Shown here: positions 19,977 to 30,896 of the stretch, piece after piece
Layout: each line of letters opens with the position of its first letter
Position numbering within the stretch: the first letter of the stretch is position 1
NCBI GenBank assembly: GCA_963664395.2
Contig: OY761159.2
Span: 832,001-896,000 of the forward strand
Origin: Candidatus Binatia bacterium
GTDB taxonomy: Bacteria > Desulfobacterota > Binatia > Bin18
Direction: 5' to 3'
Length of the DNA stretch: 64,000 bases
Notes under the pieces: generated by a model
What the model saw: the letters and a program-made list of their open reading frames with translations, nothing else
What the model was told of the DNA's origin: nothing
Databases searched by the model: none
Made by a program: the position numbers and the translations under genes

Positions 19977-20715
19977 CTAGGGTCAGGACTCATAACCAAT
20001 AGATGACGAGGGCGGCGAGCGCGACAGAGGCAAGGTAGTTGTGGGCGAGTTTATCGTAGCGGGTGGCGACGCGGCGCCAGTCCTTAAGGCGGCAGAAAGT
20101 GCGTTCGATGACATTCCGGGTCCGATAAGCGATTTTGTCAAAGGGATGTTTGCGCTTGCGGGGCGGGTTGTTAGGGATGACCGTGGCAGCCGCGGCGCCG
20201 CAGCCAAGCGCGGAGCGCATCGCTGTCGTAGGCGGCCGGCTTCATCGACCGCGGCATGGATTTTCGTGGTCCGCCCCCCACGGGACCGCCCAATCGCCTG
20301 CTGCTGCGCCCCCCTTTTCCGCCCGCCGCCGACCGATGCGCCTTGACCGGAGTCGCATCCAGCATCAGCGTCCCGGGCGGGCCGCTGGCCTCCGCAAGCT
20401 CCGTGAACACTTGCTCCCAGACCCCCTTCCGCGCCCAGCGGACGAACCGGTTGTACAGGGTCTTGGACGGCCCATAGACACGCGGCGCATCGCGCCACCG
20501 ACAGCCGCTCTGCAACATCTGGACGATCCCCGAGATCACCCGCCGGTCGTCCACCCGCGGCACCCCGCGCGTGTCCGGCGGCAACAGCGGCTGGAGCCGG
20601 GCGAATTGCGCTTCGGAAAGCCAGAACTGATTGCTCATCGCCTCTTCCCTCCACGGCGGAGAGAGAATCATAACTCCCTGGCCAAGAAAATCCCGTTTAT
20701 GAGTCCTGACCCTAG
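19977..20715 (-). mobile_element. IS5-family element, defective (internal deletion and frameshift); transposase start ATG 20638
   Basis: Perfect IRs GGGTCAGGACTCATAA / TTATGAGTCCTGACCC with CTAG at both ends. GCRWRDAP..YGPSKTLYNRF, MLDAT, GRSRGGRTTKIHA jumps directly to YDSD. Confidence 0.92.
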
Positions 20716-21733
20716 GGCGTGTACTCATGGTGGTGTAGCGAGGCGATAGCCAGCGTGGCGGATGTAGTTGGTACATTCGGCGGGAGAGAAGGCTTGGAGG
20801 GTGTGGCCAATCGCGGTCCACAAGTGGGCGACCGTGCGCGGCGGGGCGGCGCGCAGGCAGGCTTTGAGCTTGGCAAAGACTTGCTCGATGGGATTGAAGT
20901 CCGGGCTGTAGGGGGGCAGATAGAGCAGACGCGCCCCGACGGCCTCGATCGCGTGCCGCACGCCCGCGACTTTAGGACAGGCGAGATTGTCCATGACGAC
21001 GCAGTCGCCGGAGTGCAAGGTGGGCGCCAGGACCTGTTCGACATAGGCGACAAAGCAGGGGCCATCGACCGGCCCATCCAAGACCGCCGGGGCGGTGAGG
21101 TGCTGGGCGCGCAGGGCGGCAATGAGGGTGGTCGGTTTCCAGTGGCCGTGGGGGACTTTGGCGCCGAGGCGCGTCCCGCGCCGACTCCGGCCATAGCGCC
21201 GGGTCAGATTCGTCCGCAGGGCCGTCTCGTCCAGGAAGACCAAGCCGTGCCCATCGAGGTGGGCCGCTTGGGCGCGCCAGCGCTGGCGGGCCGCCACGAC
21301 ATCAGGGCGGTCTTGTTCCGCGGCGTGCAGGACTTTTTTTACGGGCAGGCCTAGGCGGCGCACGGCGCGCCACACCGTGGGGACTGACCGGCACGCCCAG
21401 GGCCGCGCGGAGTTCGGCGAGGGTCGCGTCGGGCTGCGCCTCGATCACCGTTGCGAGGTGCTGGAGATACGGCTGGAGGAGCGGCGCGCGATACTGCGTC
21501 CGCTGCTTGGGCGCCACCTGCCCGGTCGCTCGGTAGCGGTGCAGGAGCCGGCGAACCCAGGCGGGACTCACTCGATACTTGCGGGCCACCTCAGCCGTGC
21601 GCAGCCCCGCCACCCGATCGTCTACCACGCGCTCCCGGAGATCCAGCGAATACGCTTGCATACGCCCCCCTTGTCGCTCGCAGCGTACCACGCCCTCCTC
21701 CTATACCCTACACGACAGTGTAAAACGCTCTAG
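20713..21733 (-). mobile_element. IS630-family element; transposase split (HTH ORF from 21661, DDE ORF 21375-20725)
   Basis: [44 protein letters not shown]; imperfect IRs CTAGGGCGT / ACGCTCTAG. Confidence 0.9.
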
Positions 21734-21781
21734 CCGAGCGCTTTCTGCCGCCGCTTGTGCCTGAGCGACTGCCGCCTGGGC

Positions 21782-22135
21782 CTACTCGGGCTCGACGGGC
21801 TGCATTGGAATCAGCCGGGGCGCTGCTTCGGTCAGCACCGGAGCAGGCATCTCCCGTAGCTGTTCATTAAAATCAAAGGCTGGTCGCTGGTCATGACCAA
21901 ACACGGACCTGAGCACAGGCTGCGCCATTAGCCCGTGTAACGGCCGTGCGATGAGCCACTCGAGCGCGTAGCCGACCGCGTGGACCGGGTAGGCGGCAAT
22001 GCGGAGCGGGTGCGTGTCTTCATAGTCGTCATACTCGTCATCGGCGACTGCGAGAGGAGCCGCGATAAACAGAGCGACGAGAGCGGCGACCACGTGTTTC
22101 TTCCACAGCATGAGAGGTTTCCTCCTCTTTCTCAT
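21782..22135 (-). CDS. Hypothetical secreted protein
   Basis: Signal peptide; HPLRIAAYPVHAVG.ALEWLI.RP core. Confidence 0.65.
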   Translation of the reverse strand: MRKRRKPLMLWKKHVVAALVALFIAAPLAVADDEYDDYEDTHPLRIAAYPVHAVGYALEWLIARPLHGLMAQPVLRSVFGHDQRPAFDFNEQLREMPAPVLTEAAPRLIPMQPVEPE

Positions 22136-22351
22136 TGCTTCTTCCGTATTTTTTTCGTTCTTTCCACCCTACTCCTCCGGGATTGAGCGCTCAACCTCTT
22201 GGCGCGTCGCGCGTCGCGCAGCAGGACGACGATACTTCTTCTCGTCCTCCTGACGGCGTGCTGGGGGCGGGAGTTCTTTTCGCACCCGGCGCAGCGCGTC
22301 AAGCGTAGACACGGAAGTGGGTTTCTTTTTCTTTTGGGCCAACGAATGCTC

Positions 22352-23335
22352 CTAGAACTCTTTCTTCCTCACTATCCGAGCTGCATCCTTTGCAAAATAC
22401 GTCAGAATAAGGTCTGCCCCAGCTCGCTTGATACTGGTCAAAGCTTCAAGCATGACCCGCTCTTCATCCAGCCAGCCGTTCAGAGCTGCGGCTTTGAGCA
22501 TAGCGTATTCACCACTCACGTTATAGGCAGCGAGCGGGTAGTCGAAGTGCTCTTTGACTCGGCGGATCACATCTAAATACGGCAACGCGGGTTTGACCAT
22601 CACAATGTCCGCCCCTTCTTCAATATCAAGGGCCACTTCCCGGAGGGCTTCATCTCCATTGGCCGGGTCCATCTGATAGGACCGCCGGTCACCAAACTGA
22701 GGCGTGGACTCCGCCGCCTCACGAAAAGGGCCGTAGAAGCCGGACGCAAATTTAGCCGAATAGGCCATAATCGGAATATGCGGAAAGCCTTCCTGGTCGA
22801 GCGCGTGGCGAATCGCGCCAACCCGACCGTCCATCATGTCAGACGGTGCCAGCAGGTCCGCTCCGGCCCGCGCGTGCGAGAGCGACTCTTTCACCAGGAG
22901 CTCAAGTGTTGCGTCGTTATCGACATCCTGGCCTTTGATAACACCACAATGCCCATGGTCGGTGTACTCGCACAAGCAGACATCTGTGAGCAGCGTCAGT
23001 CCGGGCACTTCTTCTTTGAGTGCCCGCAAGGCGCGTTGGATGATGCCGTCATCGTTATAGGCATCAGATCCAACCGCGTCTTTTTCATCCGGGATACCAA
23101 ATAAGATCACACCGGGAATCCCAAGGTCTCGAATCTGCTTACACTCTTCTACCGCCCGATCAACCGAGAGTTGTGCAATGCCGGGCATCGACCCAATCGG
23201 GTTTTCCACCCTCGCACCGGGCACGATGAACAACGGCATAATCAGGTCATCGACCCGCAGATGCGTTTCTCTCACCATCCGACGGAAGGTCTCATTGCGT
23301 CGAAGGCGGCGTGGCCTGTGAATGGGAAAAGACAT
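22352..23335 (-). CDS. hemB: Porphobilinogen synthase
   Basis: [46 protein letters not shown]. Confidence 0.98.
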   Translation of the reverse strand: MSFPIHRPRRLRRNETFRRMVRETHLRVDDLIMPLFIVPGARVENPIGSMPGIAQLSVDRAVEECKQIRDLGIPGVILFGIPDEKDAVGSDAYNDDGIIQRALRALKEEVPGLTLLTDVCLCEYTDHGHCGVIKGQDVDNDATLELLVKESLSHARAGADLLAPSDMMDGRVGAIRHALDQEGFPHIPIMAYSAKFASGFYGPFREAAESTPQFGDRRSYQMDPANGDEALREVALDIEEGADIVMVKPALPYLDVIRRVKEHFDYPLAAYNVSGEYAMLKAAALNGWLDEERVMLEALTSIKRAGADLILTYFAKDAARIVRKKEF

Positions 23336-23363
23336 GGCGTGAGACTCCAATCAGCTTAATAAC

Positions 23364-24908
23364 TTAAGGTGTCGTTCTATCATTCTCTTGATGAAAATAT
23401 TCAACGATGGCCTCGGCAAAGGCCGGAATCGTATAGGAATACGGCTGGACCGCCACAGTCAAGCCGTATTCCTGGGCAGTCGCGGCAGTGATCGGTCCAA
23501 TACACCCAACGTGGGTATCACCGAGTGCGGCGGCAATATCTTCTCCAGAGAAGCAATCCATAAAGTTCCGGACTGTGCTGGAACTGGTAAAAGTCAGCAG
23601 ATCGACCTGCCCGGCGCCCAGCATATCACGTAGCAGCTCGTCTCGATTCCGGGGCCAGCGGGGTCGGATTGTACGATAGGTTGCGATCTCGTCAACTTGG
23701 GCGCCGTGCGCGCGCAGTTCTTGGGGTAAAATGGCACGCGCCTCGGCCGCACGGGGCAATAAGATGCGCTGCGCCTTTTCTGCTTTGAGCATCTCTATGA
23801 GCGCTTCCGCTTTATATTCTTGCGGCATGGCATCAACCCGAAGAGAGCGGGCCTGTATCGAACGTGCGGTTTCCGGCCCAATAGCCGCAATCCGAATATC
23901 TCCCAGGCTGCGGATGTCCAGTTGCCGCGCGTGTAGGCGATCAAAGAAATAGCGTACGCCGTTCACACTCGTAAAGATGAGCCAGTCGTAGCTTGCCAAG
24001 GCATCCAGTGCGGCATCCAGTGCGGTAGAGGAATCCATCGGAACCGTTTCGATCAGAGGGAAACGAAAGACCTCCGCCCCGTGCTGTTCAAGCATGTCGG
24101 CAAAACGGCTCGCCTGCGTCCGAGGACGGGTAATCACAATGCGTTTCCCAAAGAGCGGTTTTGATTCAAACCATTGCAGGCGTTCGCGGAGTCGGACGAC
24201 GTCGCCAACGACAATCACCGCGGGGGGTTCAAAGCCTCGCTCGGCTGCCCGGTCGGTAATGCTCCCAACCGTTCCGGTGAGCACTTCCTGGTCAGCCTTC
24301 GTCCCCCACCGGATCAGCGCAATCGGGGTCCCGGCCGGCAGGCCAAAATCCATGAGGCGTTGCATATTGTTGCGCAGTTGCCGTGTGCCCATCAGGAAGA
24401 CCAGGGTTCCGCCCACTCCAGCCAAGGTTGCCCAATTCAGGTGGGGCGCGGTTTCCCACACCTCTTTATGCCCGGAAACAATCGCAACCGCAGAGGCATG
24501 ATCGCGGTGGGTCAAAGGAATGCCGGCATAGGCAGGGACAGCAATGGCCGACGTGACACCGGGAACAATTTCAAACGGAATATTGGCGGCCACCAGTTCC
24601 TCCGCTTCTTCACCGCCTCTGCCAAATAGAACAGGATCACCACCCTTGAGCCGGGTGACGACGTTGCCGTGTGAGGCATGCTCACACATGAGTTCGTTAA
24701 TGGTCTTCTGCGGAACAGCCCGGCCCCCACCCTGTTTCCCGGCATAGATCAACGTTGCGTCAGGCTGGACATAATCAAGCAGACGGACATCGACCAGATA
24801 GTCGTAGATCACGACATCAGCCTCTTCAAGGCAGCGTTTGCCTTTGAGGGTCAGCAGTCCGGGATCACCCGGCCCCGCTCCAACCAAATACACTTTCCCA
24901 GTCGGCAT
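23364..24908 (-). CDS. cobA: Fused uroporphyrinogen-III C-methyltransferase / uroporphyrinogen-III synthase (CobA-HemD)
   Basis: [26 protein letters not shown]; C-half IVITRP, FTSVNGV, FTSSSTV, IGPITA. Confidence 0.96.
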   Translation of the reverse strand: MPTGKVYLVGAGPGDPGLLTLKGKRCLEEADVVIYDYLVDVRLLDYVQPDATLIYAGKQGGGRAVPQKTINELMCEHASHGNVVTRLKGGDPVLFGRGGEEAEELVAANIPFEIVPGVTSAIAVPAYAGIPLTHRDHASAVAIVSGHKEVWETAPHLNWATLAGVGGTLVFLMGTRQLRNNMQRLMDFGLPAGTPIALIRWGTKADQEVLTGTVGSITDRAAERGFEPPAVIVVGDVVRLRERLQWFESKPLFGKRIVITRPRTQASRFADMLEQHGAEVFRFPLIETVPMDSSTALDAALDALASYDWLIFTSVNGVRYFFDRLHARQLDIRSLGDIRIAAIGPETARSIQARSLRVDAMPQEYKAEALIEMLKAEKAQRILLPRAAEARAILPQELRAHGAQVDEIATYRTIRPRWPRNRDELLRDMLGAGQVDLLTFTSSSTVRNFMDCFSGEDIAAALGDTHVGCIGPITAATAQEYGLTVAVQPYSYTIPAFAEAIVEYFHQENDRTTP

Positions 24909-24980
24909 ACTACGTACAAGCCCTTCAGTCTTCCTGAATGAGTAAACGTGCCAACATGTGCATGTCTGTTGAGGGCACGT

Positions 24981-25904
24981 TTACTCATTCTCCAACCGAG
25001 CTAATATCTCTTGCCCGCCTTGGGCCAACAAACGCTCAGCAAGCCTGACCCCGAGCTGCGCGGCAGTTTCGGGTGGACCGTATTCGTGCCCACGCAGCAC
25101 GATTTGCCCGTTGGGACTGGCAATCAGTGCCGAAAGCGTGACGTCCTCCGCTCGAACAGTGGCCTTTGCCGCGAGTGGCGTTCGACAACTGCCGCCCATC
25201 CGACATAAGAATGCTCGCTCAGCCGTGACTGCCAGCGCGGTTTCAACATGATGGAGTGGCTGGAGAAATTCTTCAATAGCGGCTTCGGCGCGCGTTTCAA
25301 TGCCGAGCGCCCCCTGTCCGATAGCCGGCAAAAAGATGTGCTCATCCAGGATATGGCTCTGCGCAGGCATGAGACCAAGTCGCTTTAAGCCAGCGGCGGC
25401 CAGAATCGTCGCATCAACCCTCCCCTCGCGCTGTTTGCGCAAACGTGTCTCCACATTGCCGCGCAGCATTTCGACGCGCAGACCGGGCCGAAGATGGAGC
25501 ACTAAGGCCTGACGGCGCAGGCTACTCGTCCCAACTCGGGTGCCCTCAGGCAGCTCATCCAGCGTTTCCCCATTGTCCGTGATCAGGACATCCCGCGGAT
25601 CTTCCCGCTGCGGAATAACACTCAGTGTGAGTCCCGGGGGCAATGCGGCCGGCATATCTTTGACCGAGTGGACCGCCAGATCAACTCGTCCTGCCAGGAG
25701 CGCCTCTTCAATTTCCTTCACAAACAGTCCTTTGCCTCCAATACGGGACAAAGAGATATGTTGGAGCGTATCACCGGACGTTTTGATTGGAACCAGCGCA
25801 ACACTGAGGGCCGGCCAATGCTGTTCCAAGCGGTCTTTCACCCACTGCGCCTGCCACAGCGCAAGGGGGCTGCTTCTCGTTCCGATGCGGATGATTGTGT
25901 GCAT
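24981..25904 (-). CDS. hemC: Hydroxymethylbilane synthase
   Basis: IGTRSSPLALWQA, GKGLFVKE, AVHSVKD, GTSSLRR, GGSC cofactor Cys. Confidence 0.98.
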   Translation of the reverse strand: MHTIIRIGTRSSPLALWQAQWVKDRLEQHWPALSVALVPIKTSGDTLQHISLSRIGGKGLFVKEIEEALLAGRVDLAVHSVKDMPAALPPGLTLSVIPQREDPRDVLITDNGETLDELPEGTRVGTSSLRRQALVLHLRPGLRVEMLRGNVETRLRKQREGRVDATILAAAGLKRLGLMPAQSHILDEHIFLPAIGQGALGIETRAEAAIEEFLQPLHHVETALAVTAERAFLCRMGGSCRTPLAAKATVRAEDVTLSALIASPNGQIVLRGHEYGPPETAAQLGVRLAERLLAQGGQEILARLENE

Positions 25905-25922
25905 AGCCTGCGAGTGGGCTGC

Positions 25923-27245
25923 CTATTCTTCGTTGGTATCAAGACCGAATATTTGACGGATGACGTGAGGAGAAGCGGCCTCGTGGGCGTCTGCATCTTC
26001 ACGCTTGACGCTGTTGCGGTGACGCTGTTTGAGATACGCGAGTGGCGGGTGGAGGAGCTTGTTCGTCAGGGAGCGGGTGAGGGCTTCAATCGATTCTTTT
26101 GCCTGCGGTGAGAGATCGGCAAGGCTGGCCAGCGTCTTCTCGACTTCACGCGAGCGGATCAGCTCGGCCTGTTCTCGGAGCGCCACAATCGTGGGAGTCA
26201 CTTCTTGGTTGACAAACCAGCGCCAAAAACTTTCCACTTCTTCGGCCACAATGGCTTCGGCTTTGACGGCCTCAACTTGGCGCTCGCCTTTATGATCTTC
26301 AACCACCTGCTCCAGATCATCAATGTCATACAAAAAGACATTATCAAGATTGTTCAGACGCGGATCGAAGTTGCGCGGCACGCCCAGGTCGATCAGAAAC
26401 ATGGGGCTGCGTTTGCGCTCTTCTAGCGCCTCTTCGACCATGCCGGAATGCAGCACATAGTGTGGGCTGCCGGCAGAACCTATCACCACGTCGGTGAGGT
26501 GGAGATGTTTATCCAGTTGATCAAACGGCACGACTGTTCCATTGCAGGTCCGGGCGAGTTCAACCGCGCGGCGAAAGGTGCGATTGGTCACCATGATGGT
26601 GCCGATCCCTCGTCCGCGCAGATGACGAACGGCTTGTTCGCCCATCTCGCCCACACCAATGACCATGGCAGTCTTGTCTTCCAGATGGTCGAAAATCGTA
26701 CAGGCCAGATCAACCGCCGCAGAGCTCACCGACACCGCTTTGGCCGCAATGCTGGTCTCGGTTCGCACCCGCTTGGCAACCGAGAACGACTTGTGGAAAC
26801 AGCGGTGCAACACCGTTCCCAAGGTACCGAGCGCGGAAGACGCGTTATAGGCGTCTTTCACCTGACCCAAGATCTGGGGCTCACCGACCACCAGAGAATC
26901 GAGACTCGAGGCAACCCGAAACAGATGGCTGACCGCATCCTGATTGATATGGGTGTAGAGGTAGGGCGCAAAGCGGGGCAGCGCCACGCGCTGTTCTTCG
27001 GCTAAAAACGCACGAATCTTCTCATTCGCCGCATCCAGATTTGGGGTATGGGCGACCACCTCAACGCGGTTACACGTTGAGAGAATAGCGCCCTCCCGGA
27101 TGGTCTCGGTATCCACCAGCCGAGGTAAAGACGCATCCAAAGCACCATCGTTGAAAGCTAGCTGCTCCCGGAGTTCGACCGGCGTGGCATGGTGGTTGAG
27201 ACCAACCACCATGAGAGAGGAGGCCGGCTGGACAAGACTAGCCAA
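25923..27245 (-). CDS. hemA: Glutamyl-tRNA reductase
   Basis: VGLNH, LSTCNRVE, SLDSLVVGEPQILGQVK, IDLGVPRN; probable TTG start after GGAGG. Confidence 0.97.
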   Translation of the reverse strand: MASLVQPASSLMVVGLNHHATPVELREQLAFNDGALDASLPRLVDTETIREGAILSTCNRVEVVAHTPNLDAANEKIRAFLAEEQRVALPRFAPYLYTHINQDAVSHLFRVASSLDSLVVGEPQILGQVKDAYNASSALGTLGTVLHRCFHKSFSVAKRVRTETSIAAKAVSVSSAAVDLACTIFDHLEDKTAMVIGVGEMGEQAVRHLRGRGIGTIMVTNRTFRRAVELARTCNGTVVPFDQLDKHLHLTDVVIGSAGSPHYVLHSGMVEEALEERKRSPMFLIDLGVPRNFDPRLNNLDNVFLYDIDDLEQVVEDHKGERQVEAVKAEAIVAEEVESFWRWFVNQEVTPTIVALREQAELIRSREVEKTLASLADLSPQAKESIEALTRSLTNKLLHPPLAYLKQRHRNSVKREDADAHEAASPHVIRQIFGLDTNEE

Positions 27246-28053
27246 ATTGACCTCCGTGTCGTCCGGGAAAAAACTGGACCCCCACAAATGAAACCACGAG
27301 CACAGCAAAACACACAATCGTCAGCGTTGCCGCCCGCCGGCCACGCCAGCCGACACTCCGGTAGTGGAGCAGCAACGCGTAGAGAATCCAGGTCAGTACG
27401 GACAGGATGAGCCGCGGCTCCCAGATCCAGAAGTGTCCCCAGGCATACTCGGCCCAGACCGCACCGCTTAACAGCCCGAGGGTCAAGAGGAGAAAACCCC
27501 AGGCCAGGGAGCGGTAGTTCAAATGATCCAGGGTTTCCAGCGAGGGCAAACGGCGGAGAAATGAAGAGGCTTTTTTCTGTTTGAGGTACTTTTCCTGGAC
27601 CAGGTAGACCAGACTGGCACTACAGGCGACGACAAAGACGGCATACCCAAGAAAGGCAGCAGTGACATGAATGGGCAGCCAGGCGCTTTGCAGCGTCGGC
27701 GGCAGCGCCCGCGCCTGGGCGTAAAAGACGTACACGCCCAGGGTCAGGATAAACCCGATGGGACTCACAATAGCGCCGAGAATGGAAACCGGCAGCCGCC
27801 ACTGGACCAGTAGCCCGATGCCCGCCGTGAGACAGGCAAAAAAGGAGAGGGCTTCATGCACCTCTGTGACCGCAAAATAGCCGACCGTGAGCGACCGGAC
27901 CGCAATAGCACCGGCATGGCACAGGCAGGCGGCCAGCAAGCAACTCGGGGCTATCGTCCGCACGACGGGCCGAGCGGAAAGCAGCCCGACAACAAAGCTC
28001 GCCGTGCTGAGCAGATAAAGCAGCAGTGTCAGTGTCAGCAGCCAGACTTCCAT
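27238..28053 (-). CDS. ccsA: Cytochrome c biogenesis CcsA/HemX-like membrane protein
   Basis: WLPIHV, RLPSLETLD, SGAVWA...WG..W.WEP (WWD-like domain). Confidence 0.9.
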   Translation of the reverse strand: MEVWLLTLTLLLYLLSTASFVVGLLSARPVVRTIAPSCLLAACLCHAGAIAVRSLTVGYFAVTEVHEALSFFACLTAGIGLLVQWRLPVSILGAIVSPIGFILTLGVYVFYAQARALPPTLQSAWLPIHVTAAFLGYAVFVVACSASLVYLVQEKYLKQKKASSFLRRLPSLETLDHLNYRSLAWGFLLLTLGLLSGAVWAEYAWGHFWIWEPRLILSVLTWILYALLLHYRSVGWRGRRAATLTIVCFAVLVVSFVGVQFFPGRHGGQFG

Positions 28054-28061
28054 ACGGTCAC

Positions 28062-28724
28062 TCACCACGAAAAGGCGAGACGCTCCAGGGTATATGCCTC
28101 CCCCAGCGTCTGCTGTAAAAGCGTGTTTAATTTATCGGTTTGGCGGTCTCGAAGATAGTCCAGCAGGGGGGATTCGACTAGACTCGTAAATATGCGCTGG
28201 CGGTCTTTCGCGCTGCGCTGTTCGTGTATCAGGCGTTCACGAATCCGGCGCAACAGCCGGAGCGCCAACGCATATTCCGGCCCGAATTGTTCAGCCAGGT
28301 CTTGCCGAATCTTTTTTGCCAGAGCAGGACTTGCCCCATTGGTGGAAACCGCAATTGTCAGGTCGCCCTGTTGTAGCACTGCCGGTACAATAAACGAGCA
28401 TAAGGCGGGCTGATCGACGATATTACACAAGATATTGGCCTGTTGGGCATCCGCGGCAATCTGCCGCTGCAAGACTGGATTATCCGTGGCCGCGATCACC
28501 AGCGCAACAGTGTCAAGGTCTCCCCGTTGATAGGAGCGTTGCCGAACCGTCAGCCGACCGGCGGCTTCAAGGTCGGATAGAGCAGCTGTCAGCTCAGGGC
28601 TGATAAGCGTCACCTCCCCGCCGGCCGCCAGCACCGCCTCCACCTTACGCTCGGCAATCGTCCCCCCGCCAACGACCAGACAGTGCATCTTGTCCAAATC
28701 GAGAAAAACAGGGTAATAGCCCAC
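28062..28724 (-). CDS. Precorrin-2 dehydrogenase / sirohydrochlorin ferrochelatase (SirC / CysG N-terminal)
   Basis: YYPVFLDL, VVGGGTIAERK, NIVDQP..CSFIVP, STNGASPALA. Confidence 0.93.
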   Translation of the reverse strand: MGYYPVFLDLDKMHCLVVGGGTIAERKVEAVLAAGGEVTLISPELTAALSDLEAAGRLTVRQRSYQRGDLDTVALVIAATDNPVLQRQIAADAQQANILCNIVDQPALCSFIVPAVLQQGDLTIAVSTNGASPALAKKIRQDLAEQFGPEYALALRLLRRIRERLIHEQRSAKDRQRIFTSLVESPLLDYLRDRQTDKLNTLLQQTLGEAYTLERLAFSW

Positions 28725-28934
28725 ACGGCCCTCCCTTTCGTACGCGGCTCACATCGTAGCATCCTGGTGAGGAGTGGGGAAATCGGAGTACCGGCGGCGA
28801 ACTTGACGGGTAAGAAACGTTTCTACAGACGCTCGCTCCACTCGATCGGATTGACAAAACTTTCTAGGCTATGACGGTTACACTGGATACAAATGTTTAT
28901 TCTGAAGCGGTCATCAGGACGGCAGTACCGCTCT

Positions 28935-30713
28935 TCAGCCGGTTGGAATGCGCAACACTTGGCCGATTTGCAGGCGTTTGACGTTCTTCACGCCATTCAG
29001 ACGCTTGAGGACTGACACCTTTGTGCCGTAGCGCCGGGCGATGCTGCCGAGCGTTTGTCCCTGGCGGACTGTGTGTTTGACGTACTGTGCTTTGGCTTTG
29101 CTACGCGAGTTTTGTGAGTTTTCCGAGACGCTCAGTTTTTTGCCAACCGGTATCAACGAGGCGTTTGTTATGCCGTTGAGCTGTTGGAGCGAAGCGATAG
29201 TCGTCTTGTAGCGTCGAGCGATCCTGTCCAGCGATTCTCCCGGACGAACGGTATGCGTTACTTCCCGCGAGGCATCTTGCGCCAGGTGTACGGGCCGGAC
29301 CACCCGCTGCCGGCCCTTCCCCTTCAGAGGGACGCGCAGACGTTGGCCGACGCGGATGAAATGTGCGCTTCTGAGTCCGTTCAGGCGTTGCAGGGTCCGA
29401 ACGCTCGTCCCATAGCGCTGCGCAATGCCGCCTAGCGTCTGCCCGCGCCGGACCCTATGAAAATCAAAGGCAGCGACCTGTTGGTCAGCCTTGGCATTGG
29501 GTTTGAGTGCGGCGTAACGCCGGGTAAAGTCTTTCCGCGCGCCGGCCGGGATACGCAAACGGTGGCCGCGTGGGACGTGGAGTTTCCCGTTCCGAATCAG
29601 TCGTCTAAAGGACGGGTTGAGCGCCAATAGCCGCTCAGTACTGGTGTTGGCAGCCCTGGCCAGATTTTCGAGCGAGACAAAATGCTGGAGATCGACCTCA
29701 TCATACCGGAGGAGGGGGTCGTGTTTGAAGGGACCGAAGTATTTAGCGCTGTTTTTCTCAACCTCAACGGCCGCCAGCAACTCGACATAAAAATTCCGCG
29801 AGGCAAACCCGAACGTCCGGCTTTTGTAGCGGCGGATAATGGTGGCAATATCGCGCGTGCCGACTTTCCGAACGGCGCGTGCCATCCCGGCCGGACCATG
29901 GTTATAGGCCGTGACCGCCAGCGGCCAGGTTTGCAGCTTGGCATAATTTGACTTGAGCAAGTCGGCGGCCGCCCGAGTGGCAATGAGGGGGTCAAGGCGC
30001 TCGTCAACCACATGGTTAATGGTCAGAAACAAGCGCCCAGTCGCGGGCATGAATTGCCAGATGCCGGCCGCACCGACTTTTGAATAGGCCTCAATATTGA
30101 AAGAAGACTCGATCAGCGGCAGGCGGGTCAGGACAACCGGGAGTCCTTTTTGACGGAATATCTTTTCCATCCTGGGCAGATAGCGGCCAGACAGGCGCAG
30201 GCTCTCTTGAAAGCGCTCCCGTATCCCGGACTGTGCCCGCAGTCGCCCTTTGGCCGCGGCCTTGCGGAACTTGTGGCGTTCTTTGACATCTCTGAAGAGG
30301 GAGCGGATTTTTCTCTCACGGCTACTCAGCGTCCGCCCTTTGGCGCCGTGTTTATGGAGTTTACGCAGGGCGGCCCGGATTTTTTTGAGTTCCTGCTTGG
30401 TCCGCTTGGCTTTCAGCCTACGGGCCTTGGCCTCGCCATGCTTGTCTAAGAGCGGCCGAAAATCGAGGACGGCATACACCTTGTCCAAATGGACCGCGTC
30501 GTGAATGACGACCTGGTATTCCGAGTAGGTGCCGAAAATCCTGGTCCAGAACTCGACCTGGGGTCGGAGGGCTTGTGGATAGGGAAGCGGAGAAGACGCT
30601 GAGCTCGCCTGCTTATCAACCGTCCCAAGCGCAGACCCGGCCCCGACTCCGACGAACACAACGACGCACAGGAGCACTGCGCGCCATCTCGAACATTTTG
30701 CCTGCATCACCAC
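28935..30713 (-). CDS. MltD-like lytic transglycosylase with three LysM domains
   Basis: LPLIESSF, AAGIWQFMP.TG, TAYNHG; three H.VR.G.TL..IA.RY LysM repeats. Confidence 0.92.
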   Translation of the reverse strand: MVMQAKCSRWRAVLLCVVVFVGVGAGSALGTVDKQASSASSPLPYPQALRPQVEFWTRIFGTYSEYQVVIHDAVHLDKVYAVLDFRPLLDKHGEAKARRLKAKRTKQELKKIRAALRKLHKHGAKGRTLSSRERKIRSLFRDVKERHKFRKAAAKGRLRAQSGIRERFQESLRLSGRYLPRMEKIFRQKGLPVVLTRLPLIESSFNIEAYSKVGAAGIWQFMPATGRLFLTINHVVDERLDPLIATRAAADLLKSNYAKLQTWPLAVTAYNHGPAGMARAVRKVGTRDIATIIRRYKSRTFGFASRNFYVELLAAVEVEKNSAKYFGPFKHDPLLRYDEVDLQHFVSLENLARAANTSTERLLALNPSFRRLIRNGKLHVPRGHRLRIPAGARKDFTRRYAALKPNAKADQQVAAFDFHRVRRGQTLGGIAQRYGTSVRTLQRLNGLRSAHFIRVGQRLRVPLKGKGRQRVVRPVHLAQDASREVTHTVRPGESLDRIARRYKTTIASLQQLNGITNASLIPVGKKLSVSENSQNSRSKAKAQYVKHTVRQGQTLGSIARRYGTKVSVLKRLNGVKNVKRLQIGQVLRIPTG

Positions 30714-30896
30714 CCTCTCTTGCTATAACACCGACCGGCTCTTATGCAGATCTGCGCTTTTTTCCATATATAGTAAATGAGTTTCCCAACTAGCAAACAC
30801 ACGCGTTCAGTTCAACGTACCCCCGGACAGATTCCGCTTCTCCCGCCTTCTTTCCGGGGTGAAAGTCGGCTATGAAAAGGGAAAATAGGAGGCGAT

